Source: an uncultured Bacteroidales bacterium (GTDB taxonomy: Bacteria; Bacteroidota; Bacteroidia; Bacteroidales; ML635J-15). From it: 62,875 nucleotides of DNA. The position numbers and the translations under genes are program-made. The stretch spans positions 1-62,875 of the forward strand of contig CAZGPW010000206.1 in the NCBI GenBank assembly GCA_964527535.1. The letters run 5' to 3'. Numbering within the stretch: position 1 is the first letter of the stretch; each line of letters begins with the position of its first letter. Positions 10,421 through 20,806 of this stretch are shown one piece after another. The notes beneath the pieces were generated by a model that worked only from the letters and a program-made list of their open reading frames with translations, made no database searches and was not told the origin of the DNA.

Positions 10421-13400
10421 ATGTTTGACACCATTGCATCTACAGGAAAAAAACAGTTGTTTAAAGCCATATTTATGGTAATTCTATTTGGTATTTCTTC
10501 ATTACAGATAAAAGCACAAACAGAAATCTGGTCTGAAGATTTTAACGCATACAGCGACACATACCCGCTTGATGGAAGTACTGATTGGGCAATTTCGGGA
10601 ACATCCGGCAATAATGACTGGGCATTTTATGAACCCTCACATAGCAGTATCACAAGCCAATGCCTTGAAATGTATTACAGTACAACTGATCTGGCTTATG
10701 ATAATTCAACCGCTGCAGATGAAATAGTTTATTATGCTACTGAAATTGATGCCACAGGCTATGAGAGTTTAACCATGGATTTTGACTGGATGTCAGGGGG
10801 TGATGAAAATGATTATTTTAAAGTGGTGTATTCTTTGGATGGGAGTAACTGGAATGATGTATCATCAACTAAATACTATGGTCAAACATCTGACTGGCAG
10901 ACTGTCAGTGCCCTGGATTTGTCATCTTGTGATGATGATACATTTTACATTGGATTTAACTGGATCAATGATGCCAGCGGAGGCGATGGAACAGGCCCCT
11001 GTTTTGATGAAATATCCATATCCGGAAGTGTAATTGCCTGTTCTGGTACTCCTGCCCCCGGTAATACACAATCCACAGCAACAGAAGTATGCCCTTCGGA
11101 AAACTTTACCTTGTCTTTACAAAACGATTATTCCGGCTATTCTGGTATTTCTTATCAGTGGCAATCCTCTTCTGATGGTTCCACCTGGAGTGAGATGTCC
11201 GGTGAAACCTCTTCAACCTGTACCACTTCAATTACAGAGGATACATATTTTCGTTGTAATGTGACTTGTTCAGGTGAGGGGACAGGCGAATCATCCTCAT
11301 TACAAATTGAAATAACTATGGGTATTTCCTGTTATTGTGATTCGTACGCTGGTGAAGATTACGATTCAAAAATTCACAGGGTACAATTTGAAGATATTGA
11401 TGTAACAAGCCCTGCAGGTTGTGAAACATATACTGATAATACCTCTAATTCCACGGATGTATATACCTCCACCTCCTATGACATCACGGTTACAACAGGT
11501 ACATGTAGCGGTGATTATAGCAGAATAGGACGTGTTTACATTGATTTTAATCTTGATGGTGACTTTTCTGATGCTGGAGAAATGGTTTACCAATTTGAAA
11601 CTTCAAATTCTGAAGCAATGAATGGTAGCGTTTCTGTTCCTGCTGATGCTTCGGAAGGAACCACAATAATGAGAGTGGTTTTGGTAGAAACATCAGATGA
11701 GAACGATGTCAGTTCATGTGGAGAATATTCATGGGGAGAAACTGAAGATTACACCATCAATATCATTGAGGCCACAGCTTGTTCAGCTACACCTGATCCC
11801 GGGGAAACGCAATCAACAGATACGGAAGTATGTTCTGGAACGGAATTTACACTTTCACTTGAAAATGCTTTCCCTTACAGTGGAATATCCTATCAGTGGC
11901 AATCTTCCTCCGATGGTTCCGCATGGAGTGATATGTCTGGTGAAACCTCTTCAACCTGTACCACTTCAGTAACGGATGACACTTACTTTCGCTGTAACGT
12001 TACATGCGATGGTTATGGTACAGGTGCATCAAATTCCCAACTTATTGATGTTATTTCTTCCATATCCTGTTATTGTTCTGCAGAGATGACCAGCAGTGAA
12101 GGCGGTATTTCAAATGTGAGTTTTAATACCATTGATAACAGTTCGGATTATGACCAGGGATACTCCAATTACACAACCATTGCAACCAATGTACTCAGAG
12201 ATTCCACCTACACGGCGTATGTTACCATTGGGGATGGTGACAGTTATCGTGTCAATGTGTTTATTGACTGGAATCAGGATGGTGATTTTGAAGACACCGG
12301 TGAAGAAACGCAATTGGGTATAACCAGTGATGGGACAGTAAGCAGCGATATTACCGTTCCATCAGGAGCAGCATACGGCTTTACTTTCATGCGGGTTATT
12401 GCACACTCATCCGGTTATAGTGGTCCTTGTGAGGGTACTGGTTATTATGGTGAAGTGGAAGATTACAAAATCATGGTGAAACAACTTACCGCTTGTGACG
12501 CTGACCCGGTTCCTGGAGCAACCACGGTAAGCGAAAATCCGGTTTGTGTGGGAAATGATTTTACCTTATCCCTTGAAGATGATTATTACTACTATACAGG
12601 AATCAGTTACCAGTGGCAGTCTTCCTCTGATGGTTCCACCTGGAGCAATATAAGCGGAGCCACCCATCATGAACACACAACAAACATCACTGAAGATACT
12701 TATTATCATTGTATTGTTTCATGTGATGCTGCCGAATCCGATACCTCAACATCCTTGTTGGTCGAAACAGAACTGAATGCTTCCTGCTACTGCGAGAGCT
12801 ATGGCAGTACATCTGGTTATGGTACTAAGTACGTAGGCATTGAACAAATCGACAACGCAACCTCAAGTGGATATACTTATGTTGATTATACGGATCAAAT
12901 GGCCACAGTTGAATTGGGAGGGAGTTATGATCTGTCCGTAAGGGTTAATACCTATGGTTCTTCTACAGCAGATACCTATGCTTACATTGACTGGAATCAG
13001 GACGGGGATTTTGCAGATACAGGGGAATCGTATGATCTGGGAGATGCAACCGATGTATCAGATAGCCCTACAGATTTATCGCCTTTGTCTGTTACTGTCC
13101 CCGGAGGTGCCGAAACCGGAATTACAATAATGCGTGTCATAACATCAATAGACGGGGATCCTACAGATCCCTGTGCAACCTCATTCAATGGTGAAACAGA
13201 AGACTACAGCATAAGGGTGGTTGATCCCGTTACCTGTTCCGGGACACCAACAGGTGGCACAGTAACCCCTGATTATCAATGTACATCATCAGGCGGAACG
13301 GTTACTTTGACAGTACAGGATTACGATTACAACGACGGCATCACATTTCAATGGCAGGAAACCACAGATACAACCGGAACATGGTCAGATGTGACGGATG

Positions 13401-15814
13401 GATCCGGAGCCACTACCCCGGTATATACTACAGGACCCATCACAGAAACAACCTATTTCAGGCTCAAAACCACGTGTGGGTCTAAAGGGCCGTCTTATGC
13501 GTTTTCTGATTTCGGAAAAGTGGATATAGCGTATTTAACAGGTACTGCATCCAGTCCTGTAACATCATGTTCAGGAGCGTTTTACGATTCTGGAGGATGT
13601 GATAATAATTATGGAAACAATGAAAATGAAGGGGTCGGTTATTCCCTTATAATAGAACCATCGATGGCAAATTCGGCTATTAAAGTGTTTTTTGATGCTT
13701 TTTATACAGAAGAGGAATGCGATTATTTGTATGTCTATAATGGAAACTCCACAGATGCAGAAGATATGATAGGTTCCTATTCTGGTGAATTAGAGCCTTT
13801 TGAAGTGTTTTCAACAGACCCGTCCGGAAAACTTACTTTTGTGTTTGAATCTGATGGGGCAGTTAATGAAAGTGGCTGGGAGGCCAGGTGGGAATGTGTA
13901 CCACCATGCAGTGGCACCCCTAATGGCGGCATCGCTTCGATTTCCATGGAACAGGGGTGTACAGGAATCAGTACCACCTTGTATGTGTTTTGCGAAGATT
14001 ATGACCAAAATGGTGATGAAGCAGCGGGATATTATTATCAATGGCAGGAATCGTCAGATGGATCGAGCTGGTCAGATATTTCGGGTGAGACCAATCCGGA
14101 CGTAACGGAGTATTCCGGTGCAACGACGGATGTGTATTTCAGGCTTGAGGTGACTTGTAACGAGAGCAGTGAGGTTGGTTACAGCAATGAGGTTCATTAC
14201 AATGCTGTAAGTTGCGATACGTATAATATTGACGATGCTTCAAGCGTGTCAACCTGTGCTGCTTCATTTTATGACACAGGTGGAGCATCTTCAAATTACA
14301 GCAATTCCGAAAATGAAACCATCACGTTTTGTTCTGATGGTTCAAATGGGGAGCATGTCAAAGTGGTGTTTTTTAATATTGCCATTGATGTGACGGATAC
14401 ATTGTATGTGTATGATGGAAACAGTACCTCATCTACATTGATATTTAAGTTTAACGGAGAATCCACGGTGACTAATATCCCACCCGAGATTATATCGTAT
14501 GGTTCATGCCTGACCTTTGAATTTATATCGAATGCCAGTGAAGATAGTGTGGGATGGGAGGCCATTGTCATGTGTGCAGATGAAGAAAACCAGGTTGCGC
14601 ATAATTTTTGTGACGGTGCTACACATATTTGCAATCTTAATGGTTATACCGGAACAACTTCTGGTTTTTATCAACCGAATTTCCCGGGGGATTTTGAACA
14701 AAGTTCTGATTTGTTTGGCGGAACCATTGAAAACAATTCATGGTTAACATTTACCGCCGCAGAAACTACGGCTGAGTTTGATATTACGGTGACCAATTGT
14801 TCGGGAGGCTCCAATGCCATTCAGCTCGGTGTGTATTCCGGAATTGATTGCGATAATTTTTCATTGTTATCATCAGATTATTACACCAGTTCTTCTGCTA
14901 CCCTCTGTAACAATACGACCACCACCATTACAGTCCCTGATCCGTATAGCGATGCTCCCGACCTTGTGCCGGGCGATCATTATTACCTGATGATTGATGG
15001 AAATGCCGGATCAATATGTGATTATGCCATTGAAGGTAAATCCGGTGTTGAATATGCCAGTGTCAGTTCAACCAATGCCTGTCAAAAAGATATTATAACA
15101 GCCTCGGGGGGTGATTCTTATGCCTGGTCAGGGCCCAATAGTTTTACATCAACAGATTCTATTATCCAGGTGATGAGTGTTGGAACTTATACCGTCACAA
15201 TTTCAGGTGGTATTTCCGAATGCCCCGATGAGGTAATTTATAATATCAATGTCGAAAACTGTGATCCATTGCCGGTTGAGTTAATTGATTTTTCTGCCCG
15301 TTGTAAAGAAGACAATGCTGTTATTTCCTGGATAACGCAATCTGAGGTTAACAACGATTATTTTATCCTCGAAAAATCCAATAACTTACCATATTTTGAA
15401 CCTGTAGTTGAAGTTCAGGGCAATGGAAACAGCAATTTGATAAGGTATTATTCTTTCTGCGATACAGCACTCTATCCCGGTAATAATTATTACCGCCTGA
15501 AGCAGGTTGATTTTAACGGGACTGAAAATTATTCTTCAATTACTCAGGTGGATTGTATTCAGGAAATTTATGATGATATCAATGTAGGTGTGTACCCCAA
15601 TCCGTTTGACAATAAAATATTTATTAAAGCGTCAAAAAGCGTTGATTGCCGGGTGGAAATCAGGAATGTATATGGAGGTGGTGTGTACAACAATACGATC
15701 GTAATCAATGGATACAGTGAAATTAATACCTCAGAGTTATCCCCCGGATTCTATGTTCTGGTAATTACCATGCCCGATGAACAACAACATACGTTCAAAC
15801 TCATCAGAAAATAA
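10421..15814 (+). CDS. giant modular surface protein (GEVED-like and CUB-like domains, T9SS type-A CTD)
   Basis: Tracked ORF starts at TTG 10415; first ATG is 10421. Repeated 'ISYQWQSSSDGSTW' Ig-like modules, 'GETEDY/GEVEDY' GEVED motifs, two CUB-like 'FYDSGG...YLYVYNG' domains. C-terminal 'VYPNPFDNKIFI...GFYVLVIT' sorting domain. Confidence 0.85.
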   Translation: MFDTIASTGKKQLFKAIFMVILFGISSLQIKAQTEIWSEDFNAYSDTYPLDGSTDWAISGTSGNNDWAFYEPSHSSITSQCLEMYYSTTDLAYDNSTAADEIVYYATEIDATGYESLTMDFDWMSGGDENDYFKVVYSLDGSNWNDVSSTKYYGQTSDWQTVSALDLSSCDDDTFYIGFNWINDASGGDGTGPCFDEISISGSVIACSGTPAPGNTQSTATEVCPSENFTLSLQNDYSGYSGISYQWQSSSDGSTWSEMSGETSSTCTTSITEDTYFRCNVTCSGEGTGESSSLQIEITMGISCYCDSYAGEDYDSKIHRVQFEDIDVTSPAGCETYTDNTSNSTDVYTSTSYDITVTTGTCSGDYSRIGRVYIDFNLDGDFSDAGEMVYQFETSNSEAMNGSVSVPADASEGTTIMRVVLVETSDENDVSSCGEYSWGETEDYTINIIEATACSATPDPGETQSTDTEVCSGTEFTLSLENAFPYSGISYQWQSSSDGSAWSDMSGETSSTCTTSVTDDTYFRCNVTCDGYGTGASNSQLIDVISSISCYCSAEMTSSEGGISNVSFNTIDNSSDYDQGYSNYTTIATNVLRDSTYTAYVTIGDGDSYRVNVFIDWNQDGDFEDTGEETQLGITSDGTVSSDITVPSGAAYGFTFMRVIAHSSGYSGPCEGTGYYGEVEDYKIMVKQLTACDADPVPGATTVSENPVCVGNDFTLSLEDDYYYYTGISYQWQSSSDGSTWSNISGATHHEHTTNITEDTYYHCIVSCDAAESDTSTSLLVETELNASCYCESYGSTSGYGTKYVGIEQIDNATSSGYTYVDYTDQMATVELGGSYDLSVRVNTYGSSTADTYAYIDWNQDGDFADTGESYDLGDATDVSDSPTDLSPLSVTVPGGAETGITIMRVITSIDGDPTDPCATSFNGETEDYSIRVVDPVTCSGTPTGGTVTPDYQCTSSGGTVTLTVQDYDYNDGITFQWQETTDTTGTWSDVTDGSGATTPVYTTGPITETTYFRLKTTCGSKGPSYAFSDFGKVDIAYLTGTASSPVTSCSGAFYDSGGCDNNYGNNENEGVGYSLIIEPSMANSAIKVFFDAFYTEEECDYLYVYNGNSTDAEDMIGSYSGELEPFEVFSTDPSGKLTFVFESDGAVNESGWEARWECVPPCSGTPNGGIASISMEQGCTGISTTLYVFCEDYDQNGDEAAGYYYQWQESSDGSSWSDISGETNPDVTEYSGATTDVYFRLEVTCNESSEVGYSNEVHYNAVSCDTYNIDDASSVSTCAASFYDTGGASSNYSNSENETITFCSDGSNGEHVKVVFFNIAIDVTDTLYVYDGNSTSSTLIFKFNGESTVTNIPPEIISYGSCLTFEFISNASEDSVGWEAIVMCADEENQVAHNFCDGATHICNLNGYTGTTSGFYQPNFPGDFEQSSDLFGGTIENNSWLTFTAAETTAEFDITVTNCSGGSNAIQLGVYSGIDCDNFSLLSSDYYTSSSATLCNNTTTTITVPDPYSDAPDLVPGDHYYLMIDGNAGSICDYAIEGKSGVEYASVSSTNACQKDIITASGGDSYAWSGPNSFTSTDSIIQVMSVGTYTVTISGGISECPDEVIYNINVENCDPLPVELIDFSARCKEDNAVISWITQSEVNNDYFILEKSNNLPYFEPVVEVQGNGNSNLIRYYSFCDTALYPGNNYYRLKQVDFNGTENYSSITQVDCIQEIYDDINVGVYPNPFDNKIFIKASKSVDCRVEIRNVYGGGVYNNTIVINGYSEINTSELSPGFYVLVITMPDEQQHTFKLIRK
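11035..13230. repeat. intragenic tandem modules (about 715-740 nt period) inside the giant surface-protein gene
   Basis: Module starts near 11035, 11775 and 12490 (further related modules near 13232 and 13905). A perfect 30-mer 'ggtgaaacctcttcaacctgtaccacttca' occurs at 11201-11230 and 11939-11968. Confidence 0.8.
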
Positions 15815-15832
15815 GGGTAATTGCCACGGCAT

Positions 15833-17368
15833 TTACCCCGGCATCATCTCATAATGCAATCCGGCTCCCGGCCCCAATGGAATGTCCAGTAAAACCCAGG
15901 CAATAAGCAACAGTGACCATCCGATGAAAAAGAATATCGAATAGGGCAGCATAGCCGATGTAACTGTGCCGATACCGGTTTTGGGTTCATATTTCTGAAA
16001 ATAAGCAATGATCAGGGCAAAAAAGCTCATCATCGGGGATATCACATTGGTAACAGAATCTCCGATACGGTAAACTGCCTGCGATAGTTCGGGTGAATAC
16101 CCTAATATCATGAAGATAGGAATAAATATGGGCGCCATGATGGCCCATTTTGCCGAGGCACTGCCCATTATCATGTTGATCATCCCGGCAAAAATAATGA
16201 ACAATATCATGGTGGGGATAAGCCCCATATTGGCTTTCATCAAGGCTTCGGCACCTTCTATGGCAAATACAATACCGATGTTGCTCCATTTAAAATACGC
16301 CACAAACTGGGCGGCAAAAAACACAAGCACCATGTAAAAAGATAAGGTTTTGAGGCTGTCAGACATGCTGACCATGACATCCCTGTCGTTTTTAAATTTA
16401 CCCACGGCCACCCCATACGCAATTCCCATGGTACCGGCAACCAAAAACAAGAAAGCCACAATGCCTTCAATAAATGGAGAGTTCAGCAATCCACCGTTGG
16501 CACCGCGCAAAAAGCCGTTTTGCGGTAGCAACCCAACCACAAAAATCACAATCCACAACACCATGGTAATCAGGCTCCAGCGCATTCCCTTTTTTTCATC
16601 CGGGGTGAGTTTTTCCATCTCATCAGCTTCTTCACCCCCTTTGTATTTTCCAAAACGGGGTGCTACAAACCGTTCTGTGACCCAAGTGCCAAGAAACGCA
16701 ATCAAAAAAGTAGAAGCGATCATCAAATAGTAATTGGCTGTGGGATTCACATTATAGGCAGGATCAATAATGCGGGCTCCTTCTGTACTTAGCCCGGCAA
16801 GCAACGGATCAATGGTGCCCAGAACCAGATTGGCAGAATATCCACCCGATACCCCGGCAAAGGCTGCTGACATTCCGACAATCGGATGCCGTTTTAACGC
16901 ATAGAATATTGACCCTGCCAGGGGAACAAGCAATACATACCCTATGCTGCTTGCCAGATTTGACATGATTCCTGCAAACACAATCACAAAGGTGATGATG
17001 CGTTTTGGTGATGACATAACAAGCATCCGGATCAGTGCGGACAGCAAACCTGACTTTTCAGCAATGCCAATACCAAGCATGGCTACCAAGACAATCCCCA
17101 ACGGGGCAAAATCAGTAAAATTCACCACCATCTTGGTGATAATTTTGTCTAACCCGGATTTTGACAACAGGTTGATCACAGGTATTTCTTCTCCTGTAGC
17201 AGGGTGGATAGCATGCCAGCCCAGCAAACTTCCCACAAACGATAAAACCAGGGCAAACAACGCCAGCAGGGCAAATAAAGTGGCGGGATGGGGTAACGCA
17301 TTTCCTACTTTTTCAACGCCGTTTAAAAAACGGTTCATCAAACCTAAACGCTTCTTCTTTTTTCCCAT
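15833..17368 (-). CDS. AbgT-family (p-aminobenzoyl-glutamate/dipeptide-type) transporter
   Basis: 511 aa polytopic protein. N-terminus 'RFLNGVEKVGNALPHPATLFALLA' is characteristic of the AbgT family. Confidence 0.88.
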   Translation of the reverse strand: MGKKKKRLGLMNRFLNGVEKVGNALPHPATLFALLALFALVLSFVGSLLGWHAIHPATGEEIPVINLLSKSGLDKIITKMVVNFTDFAPLGIVLVAMLGIGIAEKSGLLSALIRMLVMSSPKRIITFVIVFAGIMSNLASSIGYVLLVPLAGSIFYALKRHPIVGMSAAFAGVSGGYSANLVLGTIDPLLAGLSTEGARIIDPAYNVNPTANYYLMIASTFLIAFLGTWVTERFVAPRFGKYKGGEEADEMEKLTPDEKKGMRWSLITMVLWIVIFVVGLLPQNGFLRGANGGLLNSPFIEGIVAFLFLVAGTMGIAYGVAVGKFKNDRDVMVSMSDSLKTLSFYMVLVFFAAQFVAYFKWSNIGIVFAIEGAEALMKANMGLIPTMILFIIFAGMINMIMGSASAKWAIMAPIFIPIFMILGYSPELSQAVYRIGDSVTNVISPMMSFFALIIAYFQKYEPKTGIGTVTSAMLPYSIFFFIGWSLLLIAWVLLDIPLGPGAGLHYEMMPG

Positions 17369-17615
17369 AATCAGTGGTTTGTCATTTCACAATGGCATAA
17401 TCACTGAAATCTGCCCATACACATCAGAAGGAGCATCTTTCGGATCTATGCGTATTAAAATCGAACAGCAAAGATATAAACTTGTTTATTCTGACAAAAT
17501 AGATTCTTTTTTTACATTGCTCATGCAGTTAGACAGAACAAAAGCATTCCTGTAACCGGCTGGTGTAGGATAGAAAGAAGTGTACTGCTTGTTGGATAGT
17601 ACTAAGATGAAGTTT

Positions 17616-20543
17616 TCAGTATATTACTGATAAGGTGCCGGTTACAGGTTCTGCTTTTGTGTAAGTTTTTATTACGTATATGTAAGAGCCAGCAGGGACA
17701 TACTTGTTATTATACCTTCCATCCCATGGCCCGTTGTTTTCACGGTTGTAATATAGCAATTGTCCCCATCTGTTGTATATTCTGATTTCAATAAGGGGAA
17801 ATATATCCATGTTTTCAATTACCCATTCATCATTGACACCATCCCCGTTAGGGGTGAAAGCATTCGGGATGATCAGACAATCGACGGGAATATCGTTAAG
17901 CTCAATGTCCAAAAAACTTGTTAAACATTCATTCGTGTCTTTTACGCGTATGAAATATTCCCCTTCAGCCAGATTATCAAATTTTCCTGATTTCTGGTAA
18001 ACACCATTCCATAAATAGGAATACGGAGGTGTGCCGCCAGTGGCATAGATTTCAATACTACCATCTGTGTTTCCGATACAGCTTGGCCGATGTGTTTCAA
18101 AAGATGCTTCCAAAGGTGGTGGTTCATTCACAGTAACTGTTTCTGCAAATGAACATCCGTTATGATCGGTAACCGTGATGGAATAATTATCTGCATATAA
18201 ATCTTCCAGCGTAAACAGATTAAGATTGCTAATTATGCTGTTATTTCCCCATGTAGTTGTGTATGCAGGATTCCCACTGCTGATGGATACCTGAACAGAA
18301 CCTGTGTTATCGCCATGACACTTAACATCTTCATTCGTGATAATTGATCCTGTGAGTGGATCCGGGGGTGTTAGATCAATTGTGGTTACATTACTGCAAC
18401 CATTGGCATCAACTACGGTATATTCATGATGACCGGCATCGGCTTCAAATTCTCCTGTGCCGGTATAAGGCGATGTGCCGCTAGTGGCGGTTACAGATAG
18501 TATTGCCCCTTCTCCATTGCAGTTCAAAGGTGATACTATGCTGACTTGTGCATCAGGAAGGGGAACGATTTCAACGGATATCGAAATGTCAGATACACAG
18601 CTTCCGCCCGAAGTAGGGGTAAATACATAATCAAAAATGCCTGTGTTGTTGGTATTGATGGATGCAGGTGACCAGTTTCCCGTAATTCCGTTGTTGGAAG
18701 TTGATGGCAGCGAATCCGGTGTGGAGTTAAGGCAATAAGGGCCAAAGTCATCAAATTGGGGTATGGCTCCATCCAGTATGGTAATATCGATATCAACATC
18801 AGAGGCACATTGTCCAGGCTCAGGTGTGAATGTATAAGTAGTTATACCCGGGCTTGTGTTGTTGATAGAAGGCGGACTCCAGTTTCCTGTAACACCATTG
18901 TTGGATGTAGTGGGTAGGTCAGGAACAGGTTCCCCTTCACAATAGGGGCCATAATCAGAAAAAGCAGGTGTGATATTATCCAATACACTGATGTTTCCTT
19001 GTGCTGTGATTATACCGCAATCTCCGGTAACTTCAATTGTATAAACAAAATCCCCCGTATTAGCAGGTGTTCCGCTTATGACAATTTGTTGAGTTCCGGC
19101 ATTAAAATCACCTGTCACACCAGAAGGTAATCCTGAAAAAGTAACGTTGTCAGCCATTTGTGTGTCGTAAGTGATGTTGGCAATGGCATCATTCAGGCAG
19201 ATGACCTGGTCTCCGGTTGAAGGTCCTGATGTTAGGATGATATCAACGGCACTGTTGATGGTAAAATCCCAGTTTTCACCCGCTGTTATATTCCCACACA
19301 TGTCTGAAGCGGAGCCGTTGTACGTAACCGTGTATAATCCCGTTTCATCAATGGCCGGACTGAAGGAAATAGTAAAATCACGTTCCATAACACCACCAGC
19401 TGAACAGGCCGGACCGGCAATATAATCAATGGTATAAGGGCCGCCCGGACCGGTTATTGAAAAATCTGATGAATTCACAGAACCGCATTGAATGTTTTCA
19501 TTGAACTCAATGTCAAAACTATTGTCTCCGCAAACAGGTTCAAAAAAAGATTCAACAAAAGGCGGATTATCATCATAAATGGCTGCTGTTGAATTAGAAA
19601 AATCCAGTACATATCCACCAGTAGTTCCTGACCAGTTTTGAATGTTCAAGTAATAAATCTCTCCTACTGTTACGTTGATGGGAATATTGTTGATAGGTTC
19701 TTCACCTAATGTAGAGGGAGGTGCACAATTACTCCCAGTATTGGGCGAAAGTGTGTTGGCCCCCGTGATTCCATAATCATAGGCCGCGTTGCAACTTGTG
19801 ATCAGTTGAGTATGTGATTCGATATCCTGAAGTATGGAACAATCGTGATCTGTGAGATTAAATAAAGCCCAATCGTAGTCACTGTCCGGGGCATTGGGAT
19901 CAATTCTGAAATCCAAAACACCGCTCGCCTGGACCTGAAATGTGTACCATACCGAATTATCTTCGGGATCCACACACAATCCGGAACAAGTGGAAGAACT
20001 TGTATAATCTAATACATTCCCGTAACCAAAATAAGATTCAGTTTCGTTGTATGTCTCGTTGCAGACCGTAATGGCTCCCATACAATCCTGTTCATCAGGC
20101 ATTGACTGCCGTTTATAAGCCAGAGTACCAGCTGCTGTTGTTGTTGTGTTGCAATTGAATTCATAAATTGATATTCTGAACGTTCCGGCATTGGGTGCTG
20201 TAAAATTGACTTCTGATCCAAGGCTGCATGCATCGTCATTGTAAAAACCTATGGAATTTCCTGTGTTGTCATGTACTTCAAGTTGAGTATCAAGGTCATT
20301 TGATCCGCCGCCCTGACAAAATGAAAAAATAAAGCCTTCACCAGCGTATGTTGCATCAAATGAATAATAAGTATATGTATTGACATCTATGGTTTGCCAT
20401 GATGTGGTTATTGTTAGTGATCCTGCGTTGTTGCCTCCCGTACACTGCGCTTTAACTGCGTTTTGATTGTTTAAGAATAACAACAAAAATGTTGTTGTAC
20501 AAATCACAACATATAGTATTTGTAGAATATCAAATCGTTTCAT
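17616..20543 (-). CDS. large secreted protein with T9SS type-B (gliding-motility CHU_C) C-terminal domain
   Basis: Signal peptide. C-terminal 'IPNAFTPNGDGVNDEW...IYNRWGQLLYY'. Cys-rich SprB-like repeats 'GGTPPYSYLW'. Confidence 0.85.
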   Translation of the reverse strand: MKRFDILQILYVVICTTTFLLLFLNNQNAVKAQCTGGNNAGSLTITTSWQTIDVNTYTYYSFDATYAGEGFIFSFCQGGGSNDLDTQLEVHDNTGNSIGFYNDDACSLGSEVNFTAPNAGTFRISIYEFNCNTTTTAAGTLAYKRQSMPDEQDCMGAITVCNETYNETESYFGYGNVLDYTSSSTCSGLCVDPEDNSVWYTFQVQASGVLDFRIDPNAPDSDYDWALFNLTDHDCSILQDIESHTQLITSCNAAYDYGITGANTLSPNTGSNCAPPSTLGEEPINNIPINVTVGEIYYLNIQNWSGTTGGYVLDFSNSTAAIYDDNPPFVESFFEPVCGDNSFDIEFNENIQCGSVNSSDFSITGPGGPYTIDYIAGPACSAGGVMERDFTISFSPAIDETGLYTVTYNGSASDMCGNITAGENWDFTINSAVDIILTSGPSTGDQVICLNDAIANITYDTQMADNVTFSGLPSGVTGDFNAGTQQIVISGTPANTGDFVYTIEVTGDCGIITAQGNISVLDNITPAFSDYGPYCEGEPVPDLPTTSNNGVTGNWSPPSINNTSPGITTYTFTPEPGQCASDVDIDITILDGAIPQFDDFGPYCLNSTPDSLPSTSNNGITGNWSPASINTNNTGIFDYVFTPTSGGSCVSDISISVEIVPLPDAQVSIVSPLNCNGEGAILSVTATSGTSPYTGTGEFEADAGHHEYTVVDANGCSNVTTIDLTPPDPLTGSIITNEDVKCHGDNTGSVQVSISSGNPAYTTTWGNNSIISNLNLFTLEDLYADNYSITVTDHNGCSFAETVTVNEPPPLEASFETHRPSCIGNTDGSIEIYATGGTPPYSYLWNGVYQKSGKFDNLAEGEYFIRVKDTNECLTSFLDIELNDIPVDCLIIPNAFTPNGDGVNDEWVIENMDIFPLIEIRIYNRWGQLLYYNRENNGPWDGRYNNKYVPAGSYIYVIKTYTKAEPVTGTLSVIY

Positions 20544-20806
20544 CTTGAAACATAATTAATTTACATTTTATTCCTTACAAATATAAGCTGCGGAAAAATT
20601 AATATGCTTATTATCAGCGGTTTGTTTTGATTATTCTTACAACAAAAGAATTGTTTTGTGAAGTTTTGCAACATGTAGGAAATGAGTAATTTAGTGTAAT
20701 TGGAAATGTGGATGTCAATTCTTTTTATGTATTCTTACAAAATTGGTTGCAGTTATTGTCCCGGTTAAAGAGAAAACCAGGGAGTTTTTCTGTAACAGAG
20801 AGAATC

